64,000 nt of DNA, taken from NCBI GenBank assembly GCA_964652155.1, contig CAZZBK010000001.1, positions 61,095-125,094 on the forward strand, written 5' to 3'. Under the pieces are notes generated by a model. It searched no databases. It was given only the letters and a program-made list of their open reading frames with translations, and was not told the DNA's origin. Every line of letters starts with the position of its first letter. Position 1 is the first letter of the stretch. The DNA is from an uncultured Planctomycetaceae bacterium. GTDB taxonomy: Bacteria; Planctomycetota; Planctomycetia; Pirellulales; PNKZ01. Made by a program: the position numbers and the translations under genes. Of the stretch, positions 1-8,300 are shown one piece after another.

Positions 1-539
1 AGGGTGACAAACACGAGCACCATGCAGGTGATCTCGAAGTAGATGTGCCCCGCGCCTTGGTACACGGACCACACCGAGTAGACGAACGCCGCGCCAATGC
101 CCAGCACCAGCAGCAGATCGGTTGTGATCATCCGCCCGCGCAGCGCTCGCCAGGTGTTGTCGACGAGCGGCCAACCGAGCGCCCAGAGCACGGGCAGCGT
201 CAGCAACAGGCACAGGTATCGAAACAGCTCGGCCAGCACGGTCGCGCTTCGGGCAACGTCCCCTTGGGCGACGTCGTAAACGTCCCAACTCCACAGGAAC
301 ATTGTGAAGACCATGACCTGCATGGAGAGGAATATCCCCAGGGCCAGTCGAGCCATCGTCCAGTTTGTTTGTGCCTCGGGCCCCTGTTCGCCGGCAATGC
401 TGGCGGCGAATCGGCATCCAAAGCAGCAGTACTCCGGCTCCGCGGGCTCGACGAGTGCCGGGTTTGCCACTCGCCGGCTGGTCGCGACGCTCAAGCCGCA
501 AAAACTGCACTGACCGGCTCCGTGGGCGTGCGCGCTCAT
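1..539 (-). CDS. ccoI: Heavy-metal (Cu+) P1B-type ATPase, CcoI/FixI-like, N-terminal part; the gene continues past the left edge
   Basis: This ORF is not in the supplied track because it has no stop codon in the window. My reverse-complement translation from the ATG at 539..537 gives MSAHAHGAGQCSFCGLSVATSRR...EPEYCCFGCRFAASIAGE...MARLALGIFLSMQVMVFTMFLWSW...RGRMITTDLLLVLGIGAAFVYSVWSVYQGAGHIYFEITCMVLVFVTL. It has paired-Cys motifs (CxxCG then CCxGC) followed by TM helices, as in FixI/CcoI N-termini. The ATG overlaps the upstream stop (ATGA at 536-539). It sits last in the cco cluster. Confidence 0.7.
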   Translation of the reverse strand, partial: MSAHAHGAGQCSFCGLSVATSRRVANPALVEPAEPEYCCFGCRFAASIAGEQGPEAQTNWTMARLALGIFLSMQVMVFTMFLWSWDVYDVAQGDVARSATVLAELFRYLCLLLTLPVLWALGWPLVDNTWRALRGRMITTDLLLVLGIGAAFVYSVWSVYQGAGHIYFEITCMVLVFVT

Positions 540-742
540 GGCGAGTGCAGCAGTTCCCGTTGCAGGTCGGGGAACAAATACTGCACGGTGTAAACGATGG
601 CGAAGATCCAGAAGCCAATCCAGATCAACCGCACGTACCAAGGTATTGCGTTGCCGCGGTAGTGATGGAAGCGATTTTCTTGGGCGGGAGAGCTGGGATT
701 CGAGCCTGTTGAGGTTGACAGGGGAGAAGGATCGGGGGTCAT
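536..742 (-). CDS. Small single-TM membrane protein of the cco cluster, function unknown
   Basis: I used the internal Met of track ORF 536..859, giving MTPDPSPL...IPWYVRLIWIGFWIFAIVYTVQYLFPDLQRELLHSP. The ATG at 742..740 overlaps the TGA of the upstream gene (739-741), an ATGA coupling. It has one clear hydrophobic helix. Confidence 0.45.
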   Translation of the reverse strand: MTPDPSPLSTSTGSNPSSPAQENRFHHYRGNAIPWYVRLIWIGFWIFAIVYTVQYLFPDLQRELLHSP

Positions 743-1098
743 TGATCGCTCCAGTGCCTTGCGCGGTGAGAATCTTGGGCGTCGAGCCGACGTTCGATGT
801 CCAGCATGTTGTTCTTCGGTGCCTCGATATCGCGGAACATGCCGTTCTTGGCCGCCCAACCGAGCATAAATAAGAACCCGATGCTCGCCAGGATGTAATT
901 CATGATCGGAGCCAAGGCGAACGCGCCGGCCGCGTCCCCCTGGAGCACATGCACCAACTCGCGAAACTTGTTCGCGAACCCAAGCATGCTCGGCACCAAG
1001 ATCACCACCGCCATGATCGCCACGACACGCTGACGAGAACGCGAGACGCGCTCCGTCGCCGGTGATTCAAGCGAGGCATGTAGGTTGCGGGTTAGCAT
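739..1098 (-). CDS. Two-TM membrane protein with a CcoS/FixS-like C-terminal motif; possible cbb3 maturation factor
   Basis: The 119-aa ORF contains FLFMLGWAAKNGMFRDIEAPKNNMLDIE, which resembles the CcoS signature W-A-x-(K/R)-(S/N)-G-Q-F-D-D-L-(E/D)-G-P-x-x-R-I-L-x-D-D. An AGGAG lies in the 10-nt gap upstream (reverse complement of 1099-1108). Confidence 0.5.
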   Translation of the reverse strand: MLTRNLHASLESPATERVSRSRQRVVAIMAVVILVPSMLGFANKFRELVHVLQGDAAGAFALAPIMNYILASIGFLFMLGWAAKNGMFRDIEAPKNNMLDIERRLDAQDSHRARHWSDQ

Positions 1099-1108
1099 CT
1101 CTCAACTC

Positions 1109-1828
1109 CTAGCGAGGTTGATCGGCGACGTCTGTCGAGACGTAGTCTTCGTAATAGGGATAGCTCTCAAGCCATGACCCCAGCCACTGGACGTAGGTGA
1201 TCAGCGCCAAGCCCCGTTCGTTGGGGCGCTGCGAGCCGCGAGCTTTTGTAAGCTTGCCGCTCCCGTGGTGGTCGGCCTCGTATTCATCGAACAGCCACGG
1301 GTAGTCGGGCATGGGTGAGCCGTGCGATAACGTCTTGGGGCGGAAAAAATGCACCGCGTGCCAGTCGTTCGAGCGCCGACCCCCTTCGCGGCTCAGGTCG
1401 GGGCCCACGCGCCGCGTCCCAAACAGCACGGGACGTTGCAACTCGTTTTGATACTCGGGTGTTTGCGAGACCGGGCCGAATCGCAACGACTCGTTCGACA
1501 CCGGGCGAACAAATTGACTGTGGCAATGCCAGCAACCTTCGCCGACGTACACCTTCCGACCCAACTCGAGCGCCTCGGCACAACGCGCCTTGCGCTCATC
1601 TTCCTGCATCTCGTCGAACGATTTACCATACGCCGCCCGAAACGACTCCGGATAGCGCTGGCTCAAGTCCTCGAACGAGTACATCAAATTGGCATTGGGC
1701 AGATCGGCCGTGCGGGTTTCGGGCAGATGCTGATACATCAGAATCGGCACCAGCGCGTTCGAGACAAACGCGAACGCGAAAAAACCCAGCCCTCCGATCA
1801 ACATGACTCCCGCTTTGCTCTCAAACAT
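1109..1828 (-). CDS. ccoO: cbb3-type cytochrome c oxidase subunit II (mono-haem CcoO)
   Basis: The 239-aa ORF has an N-terminal TM helix, the CWHCHSQ haem-c motif, and the typical FGTRRVGPDLSREGGRRSNDWHAVHFFRP and SPMPDYPWLF segments. It overlaps the ccoN stop by 8 nt. Confidence 0.9.
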   Translation of the reverse strand: MFESKAGVMLIGGLGFFAFAFVSNALVPILMYQHLPETRTADLPNANLMYSFEDLSQRYPESFRAAYGKSFDEMQEDERKARCAEALELGRKVYVGEGCWHCHSQFVRPVSNESLRFGPVSQTPEYQNELQRPVLFGTRRVGPDLSREGGRRSNDWHAVHFFRPKTLSHGSPMPDYPWLFDEYEADHHGSGKLTKARGSQRPNERGLALITYVQWLGSWLESYPYYEDYVSTDVADQPR

Positions 1829-3260
1829 GGGCGACTAACTCCGGAGTGGTTTGCCACAAATCGGCTTCGGCGTGTGCGTCGGTCACCGGGCGGACCAGTC
1901 GCAACGTCTTCACAATGTTGAACCAGAACACGGCCACGCCGCCGAACATCGCGAGCCCGGCAAAGACGCGCACGATCCAAAATGGCTGCGACACGCTGGT
2001 CGAGCTTTCCCACGGCTGCATCGATGCCCAAGACACGCCTTGAAACATGCCGGCCAGCGTCAGGTCGATGAACATGGTCACGATGCCGACGGTCGACAGC
2101 CAGTAATGCCATTCGCACAACCGACGGCTCCACCAGGGGCGTTGCACCACGCGCGGAATCAAATAGGTCATGATCCCCATGAGCCAAATCGTAAACACGC
2201 CGAACATCACCAAGTGTGCGTGCCCGACCACCCAATCTGTAAAGTGGATCAACTGCTGAAATGTGAGCGTGACTTGCAATGCGCATTGGAAGCAAGTCAC
2301 AAAATAAAGCACCATGCCGGTATAAAACCAGCGGATGGGCAAATTCACCACGATCTGTCGACCGGAACCGGCCAGCGTGCCGAAGAAGTTGATGACCACC
2401 GTGGCAACGACAAGTTCGACCGCGATCGTCGACACGACCGCCCCGTATTGCAGGAACATGGGGATGGGCGTGTAGAGGAAGTGATGGATGCCCTGCAACG
2501 GGTAGAAAAAGGCCAGCCCCCAAAAGCCGACCAATGACAAGCCGTGGCTCCAAATCGGTTTTTGCAGCAAGATGGGCACAAAGTAATACATCAGCCCCCA
2601 GCCAAGCGGCGTGACGAACAGCCCGACGAGGTCGTGAATGAACAGACCCGCGACCGCGCCGGCGCTGGTGCCCGACGTGACATACTGCGGAATGAAATTA
2701 CCCATCGCGTAGGTCAATATCGTCCACACAAAAGCGGCCATGAAGTACCACAGCGTAACGTATAACGGTCCGCGCGCTCGGACGATGGGCGTGAGGAAGT
2801 TGATCGCCACGAGCACCAAGCCGACCACCGCCAGCGGATCGATGTAGACCGGCGTTTCGCCCCACTCGACGGCTTGCGCATCGCCGCGCAACAGGCCCAC
2901 GGCCGTGACCAGCACGATGAACTGCCAGGCGAAAAAGATCGCGTACGACAACCAGCGGCTGCATACGCTTTGCAGCGAGAGTCGCGGCACGGCCCAATGC
3001 AACGCGCCCAGGAACGCATTGGCCAAGAAGCCGTAAGCCACCGCGTTGGTGTGGACCATGCGCCAGCGGCCGGGCGAAAAGAACTCGATGCCATTGAGCG
3101 GATTCCAATGCACCAACTGCAAGGCCACGAGCATCCCGCCGACCATCGAGATCGTTAGAAACGTCAATGCCGCCAGAAAGTACCAGAACACGATCCGACG
3201 ATCGACCAAGGCACCGACATCGGGCATGACGACCGACGGCTCTTTCGCTGCAGCATTCAT
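1821..3260 (-). CDS. ccoN: cbb3-type cytochrome c oxidase subunit I (CcoN)
   Basis: Track ORF 1821..3470. I chose the start at the internal MNAAAKEP (ATG 3260..3258) because it forms an ATGA overlap with the stop of the upstream gene at 3257-3259. The protein is polytopic with conserved His segments (HTNAVAYGF, HHFLYTPIP, VVGHAHLVMFG). Confidence 0.9.
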   Translation of the reverse strand: MNAAAKEPSVVMPDVGALVDRRIVFWYFLAALTFLTISMVGGMLVALQLVHWNPLNGIEFFSPGRWRMVHTNAVAYGFLANAFLGALHWAVPRLSLQSVCSRWLSYAIFFAWQFIVLVTAVGLLRGDAQAVEWGETPVYIDPLAVVGLVLVAINFLTPIVRARGPLYVTLWYFMAAFVWTILTYAMGNFIPQYVTSGTSAGAVAGLFIHDLVGLFVTPLGWGLMYYFVPILLQKPIWSHGLSLVGFWGLAFFYPLQGIHHFLYTPIPMFLQYGAVVSTIAVELVVATVVINFFGTLAGSGRQIVVNLPIRWFYTGMVLYFVTCFQCALQVTLTFQQLIHFTDWVVGHAHLVMFGVFTIWLMGIMTYLIPRVVQRPWWSRRLCEWHYWLSTVGIVTMFIDLTLAGMFQGVSWASMQPWESSTSVSQPFWIVRVFAGLAMFGGVAVFWFNIVKTLRLVRPVTDAHAEADLWQTTPELVAHV

Positions 3261-3883
3261 CGCGACTCCACACTCGGGCGATAGGGGATATACAGACCCA
3301 ACGGGTACGCGAGCGCCATTGTCCAGCCGAACAGCAAGTGCGTCAGCGCGGCGACCCAAGCGGGGACCAGTTCCATGATCCAGTTGCCGCCCAACAATCT
3401 GGGTTGCAACCAGGATAAAATGCCGTAGAAGTTGACGACCCAAATCAACACGCTGAGTCCGCTGGCCCATACGATTCGGCGGATCAATGTCGCGTCGGGG
3501 GCGAATCGAGTCAGAGCGAGCTGAAACACGATGCCGTAGAGCATGCCGGTCGCCAGGTACAACGTGCAGCCAACCGCCAACACCACGCCGCTATCGGTGA
3601 GCAACGCCCGGTCGCCGAGGGGGAACGTCAAGAACACCTGAATCAGCCGTAGCGGATGCTGGGGGACATCGGTCGCGCGCGACCAGACGATCGAGCCGAC
3701 GACATTGGCCAGCAGGCTCACCAAGCCACCGACAAAACCGAGCATCGCGCCGGTCATGGCGTAGTACGCCGTGTAATAGTCGCGCGCCTGCCAGGGCTCC
3801 TGTGACTCGTCGGCCAAATCGGCCTCCAGCTCCGCAATCCGCGCGGCTAACTCGGCAATTTCTTCTCGTTTGGATGGACTCAT
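3257..3883 (-). CDS. Polytopic membrane protein with an N-terminal amphipathic/coiled segment, function unknown; lies between the cytochrome c gene and ccoN
   Basis: The 208-aa ORF starts with EIAELAARIAELEADLADE and then has about five hydrophobic helices. It is translationally coupled to ccoN. Confidence 0.6.
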   Translation of the reverse strand: MSPSKREEIAELAARIAELEADLADESQEPWQARDYYTAYYAMTGAMLGFVGGLVSLLANVVGSIVWSRATDVPQHPLRLIQVFLTFPLGDRALLTDSGVVLAVGCTLYLATGMLYGIVFQLALTRFAPDATLIRRIVWASGLSVLIWVVNFYGILSWLQPRLLGGNWIMELVPAWVAALTHLLFGWTMALAYPLGLYIPYRPSVESR

Positions 3884-3929
3884 CGGGTGAACTCCTCAGC
3901 GACAATGTGACAAGACGTTCAGCCGATCG

Positions 3930-5021
3930 TCACTTCGCGGTCGCTTCTGGCGGGGCCTGATTCGTTGTTCGATTCGATATTGCAACGGGTGCGCTGCCTT
4001 GTTGTCGCGAAACCTGCTCCAGCACCTCGCGGCGACGCTGGCCGCTGATGAACTGCACGTAATGCACCAGATGCCAGAAAGTCTCGGGCTCGTTGGCGAG
4101 CTTGTCTTTGAAGGATGGCATCGGCGTGCCGCTCACGCCGCCGTAAATACGTCGATAGATGTCCTCGGGCGTGCCGCCCCCATGAAACATCGCACTTGTC
4201 AAATCGGCGGCCCGGGTGTTAAACCCCCAGGCGTCCTGAAAGCCCTTGACGTTGTCCGTGGTTTTGCCACGGCCATCCAAGCCATGACACTTGAAGCACC
4301 CAGCGGTTTCGGTCGCAAAGGCTTTCCGTCCCAGCTCAACCGTCTCCGTCGTGTACTTGGGCATACGGGAGATTGGAAAGATCACCTGATCGGCCGAGCG
4401 CTGCCACAGGGCTTTGATCTCGTCGACATAGCCGGGCACGTTGTCCGGGTCGATCTCGTCTTCGCTGCCCGCCTCGAGTGCCAACAGAATTTCGAGTTCG
4501 CCACGATGGGTGAGCACAAGCACGTGGTCGACGACCGCTTGTAGATCTTCCTCGCTCCAGAGCTTGAAGGACGGCATACTTGTCCCCTTGGCCCCTTCGC
4601 GAACCGTTCGCTCGATATTGCTGCGCAGCGGCCGAGCACCGTAAGGCGTGCTCGAAAACTTGAAGATCCCTTTGCGATAGTCGCGCGGCCTAGGGTACAT
4701 CATCGCCGACGCGGGGCCGTTGCCATCGCCGGTTTCGCCATGACAGGACGCACACTGTGAGTGAAACAGCTCGGCACCGTGCCGTAATCGCTCTGGCTGG
4801 GCCTGCAAAGCCCCGAGCAATCTTGGCTGACTCGGCGTGCCACAGTATTTTTCGAGCTGGACGAGCACCTGCACGCGGGCCTTTTCCGGCAACTCGTTGA
4901 CTTCCTTGCTGGAGACCCAGCGCGGAGCAGCCGATCGTTCACAACCCACTAGGCCCATGAACATCACAGCCCAGGCGGTCCACACACCACGTTTCACGAA
5001 TATGGCTCCGAGGTAACTCAT
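3930..5021 (-). CDS. Di-haem c-type cytochrome, probable lipoprotein; possible functional equivalent of CcoP
   Basis: The 363-aa ORF has a signal peptide with a lipobox-like MGLVGC and two CxxCH motifs (CASCHG, CFKCHG), each followed by a MP(S/A)F-type distal Met segment. It is the first gene of the cco-oriented cluster. Confidence 0.85.
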   Translation of the reverse strand: MSYLGAIFVKRGVWTAWAVMFMGLVGCERSAAPRWVSSKEVNELPEKARVQVLVQLEKYCGTPSQPRLLGALQAQPERLRHGAELFHSQCASCHGETGDGNGPASAMMYPRPRDYRKGIFKFSSTPYGARPLRSNIERTVREGAKGTSMPSFKLWSEEDLQAVVDHVLVLTHRGELEILLALEAGSEDEIDPDNVPGYVDEIKALWQRSADQVIFPISRMPKYTTETVELGRKAFATETAGCFKCHGLDGRGKTTDNVKGFQDAWGFNTRAADLTSAMFHGGGTPEDIYRRIYGGVSGTPMPSFKDKLANEPETFWHLVHYVQFISGQRRREVLEQVSRQQGSAPVAISNRTTNQAPPEATAK

Positions 5022-5354
5022 GTCCGTCCCTGTTGAGCAAATGCAATCCGTCGAGTCGCCTTAGAGCAACAAGCGTGCCAGATCGCGATTGCGTACGAAC
5101 ACGGTGGAAATGAGCGTGTCAGACCAGGGCATCGAGCACGTCGTGTCAGAAGGTGTGACAAAACGGCGCAGTCAGTGTGCGGAATTGACCGCAGAGGGCT
5201 GTGTCGAGTTTTCTTCGATCTGATCGCGTGACAAATCGCAAGAACTCAGCGCGCAAAAGCCCCTCGGCCTGCGTGAACGACGCGGGCCAACTCGACGCGC
5301 AATATGCCCCTCGATGGCGTGCGTGTTTCGGCCTTGCTGAGCGCTGTCAGAGCA

Positions 5355-8300
5355 CTAGCGAGCACCCTCAGGACGCGGTTTATTGGCCGTCGTCGGTGCG
5401 CCGCCTCGCGCGGTTAAAAAGGCAAACAGGTCACCAATCTCGTCGATGCTCAGCGTATTGAGCAGTCCTTCGGGCATCGACGACTTCTTGCTCGGCGCGA
5501 TGTCGTCGATCTGATCTTCGCGGAGCGTCACCTTCTCGCCGCTGGGTTGCAGGACGATCACCGAACCGTTGCTAACTCGGGCCAGCATGCCCGTGTAAGT
5601 CAGGCCGTTGGTGGTCGTCACCGTTTTGCTCGCGTATTGATCGGAGATGACCTGCGACGGGAATAATATCGATTCGAGGATTTCCTTGCGCTGAAACCGC
5701 TGACGCAAGCTGCTCAGGTCGGGGCCGATGGCCTCGCCCTGGCCTTGGAACTTGTGGCACTTGATGCACTGCGCCTTGACGAACACGCTCGCGCCATGCT
5801 GTGCGTCGCCGGGCAATTTGCCTTGCGTCGCGTCGCCGGTCAGGTACTTGAGCAACTGCTGATAATTCCATTTGCTCTCGTTCGACTCGACCGGCAGCGT
5901 GGCCGGCGGCTCGTTGGGATATTTGTCGGCGAACCATGCTTGCCAAGCGAGACCGACTTGGTCGATGGCCGTGCCTGCCTGGGCGGGTTGCTCGCCGGTC
6001 CACTTTTCGAGCAGCGCGAAGGCGAGCGGTCCGCCGTTCGCGCCCATCCGCACGCCGGCGATGATGACTTGCCGGATGGCCTCCGGTTTCTCCGGTTTGC
6101 GATTCACCTTGGCGAGTTGCATGAGCGTCTCTTGCGCCGCGCCGTTCTCGAGCGTCGGGATGGCGCGGACCAGAAAATCCCAATTCTCTTCGGGTGCTTG
6201 GGCCAACCCCATTGCCAAGTCCGGTCGTCGATCTGGGGTCGATTCGTACACTTCTCGCAAGTACTGCAACGAGTCCTGGCTGCCGTTGAGCGCGAGCATC
6301 GCGACGATGCCAGCCTGGAGTTTCTTGGCGGCGGGGACTTGCAGTTCGGGCAATTGACGATCGATGTCGATGAGCTGGTTCGCGAGTTGATCGTTCGGCG
6401 GCTCCTCGAAGTTGGCGAGCACCGACAGGGCCGCGCCCGGATATTTGAGCGCCTGATTAAGGACCAACGTTTGCTCGACTTTTGTCAGTTTGCTCGCAAA
6501 GTCGCGGCGAATCGATTCAATGTACCCTGCCATCGAGTTGCCGCCGGGCAACTGTTGGGCCTTCTCCAGGTAGCTCACCAGGCTCATCCGTTGCTGCGGC
6601 GTCCAGCCTTGGTCGAGAAAACGTAGATGCAACGCGATGTGGAGCTTCTCGCGGTCGGGCAACGTGCCCGAGAGTTCCTGGAACATGCGTCCCAGCGCGC
6701 TGGTTTCCTGCAAAAACACGATCAGTCGCACCAACTCGCGATTCATCCGGTAGTCGCCGGCCGGATACTCCTCGGCCAGTTGCGGGCCGAGCGTGGGCAA
6801 GTCGGCGCTCTTGAGTTCTCCGCGAATGATCGCCAACTCGACGACGCGCAGCAGATCAACAAAGTCGTCGTCGCTGAGATAGGTTTGCAACCATTTTTGC
6901 GCCAGCCGGACGATCTCGAGCGCGGTCTCGCGGTCCGGCGCGGCGGTCAGCAGGGCGGTTGAGCCAACCAGGAACACGCGCGGCTTTTTCGACTCGAGCA
7001 CGAGCGCCTTCCAACTCTCCTTGGGGCGCGCTTCGATCGCCCGCCGCGCCGACCAGGCGACGAATCGGTGTGGATCGCCAAGCGCCTCGACGAGCGCGTC
7101 CGTGTCCAGCACGTAGCCGCCACGCGTCGCGGCCTCGCACGCCAATCGACGCACCGTCGCGTCGGTGTCTTTGAGCAGCTTGACCAATGTTGCGCTGGCG
7201 TCCTTGTGCGGTTGCGTGCCAAGGAGAAATGCGACCTTGGCCCGAACGAGCGGCGATTTATCCTCGGCCAACTCGATGAGGAAGTTCGGCTCGATCTCGC
7301 TGCCGAAAAGCTGCATCAACTCCAAGGCCCGAGCACGCTCCTCGGGCGGATGCTGCTGTGAGCGCGCGAACTCGCGCAACTGTGGGTCCCATTGGTCCCC
7401 CAACTCCTGCTGAATCATCGCGATGTTTTGGCGGCTGTAGGCCGCGGTCAGTTGCGGTTGTCGGATTGCCTTGACGAGCCCGGTGGTCGCGGGGATCTTC
7501 GGCCGCTCCCCTTTCCAGACAATGCGATAAATGCCTCCGTCGGTGCCGCGACCCCCCGTTGAAAAGTACAGCCAGCCGTCGGGTCCCACCGCCAAGTCGG
7601 TCACGTTCAGCGGTCGACCTTCGATAAACACTTCGCTGCGGGCTTCGTAGGTGCCGTTGCGCTGGCGCAACCGCACGGCCAGAATCCGGCCTTGCGACCA
7701 GTCGGCGAGGAACAGCGCGCCGCGATACTGCGCCGGATACGCATGATGATCGTACACTTCGAGCCCCGTCGGCGAGCCGCGATCGGTCTCCAGCACCGGC
7801 GGCACGTTGTCGACCCAATAGTTGGGCCACACCGACCAGCCGCTGCGCGAGCCATACTCGCCACCAGGCACCACGTGCAACACGCGCGTCGGGCGATACC
7901 AGGGCAACCCGATGTCGGCTTCCATGTCCGAGTCATACGTGAACAACTCGCCACGCGTGTCGAACGTCAGGTCGTAGGCGTTCCTCAAGCCGCCCGCGAC
8001 GGTCTCGACGAACGAGCCATCCGGATCGGTTCGGACCACCGTGCCGCAAGGCGATTTGATGCCGATGGCATGTCCGCCTGGATCTTCGTACTTTTGCGAG
8101 AACAAGTCCCCTTCGTACCCCTGTCGCAGCGGGCTTGCCGGATGCGCCGGCATTTTGACGTGATCGTGATTGCCAAGCATCAGGTAGATCAGCCCGTCGG
8201 GTCCTAAAGTCAGTCCGTGCGGGCCATGCTCGCCCAGATCACTGCGTTCGAAATTGAACAGCAGTTTAACTTGGTCGGCTTTGCCGTCCTGGTCTTCATC

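Noticed and set aside
45-593. Plus-strand ORFs at the left edge (45..593, 97..279, 304..513, 365..712) and minus-strand ORF 200..421
   Set aside because: Another minus-strand frame, not the 200..421 one, encodes a convincing CcoI/FixI-type ATPase N-terminus with metal-binding Cys motifs and TM helices. The listed ORFs are Arg/Pro/Ser-rich and motif-free.
5022-5354. Search for an FNR/Anr box (TTGAT-N4-ATCAA) upstream of the cco cluster
   Set aside because: No match was found by eye. Only the different repeated motifs reported as a finding are present.
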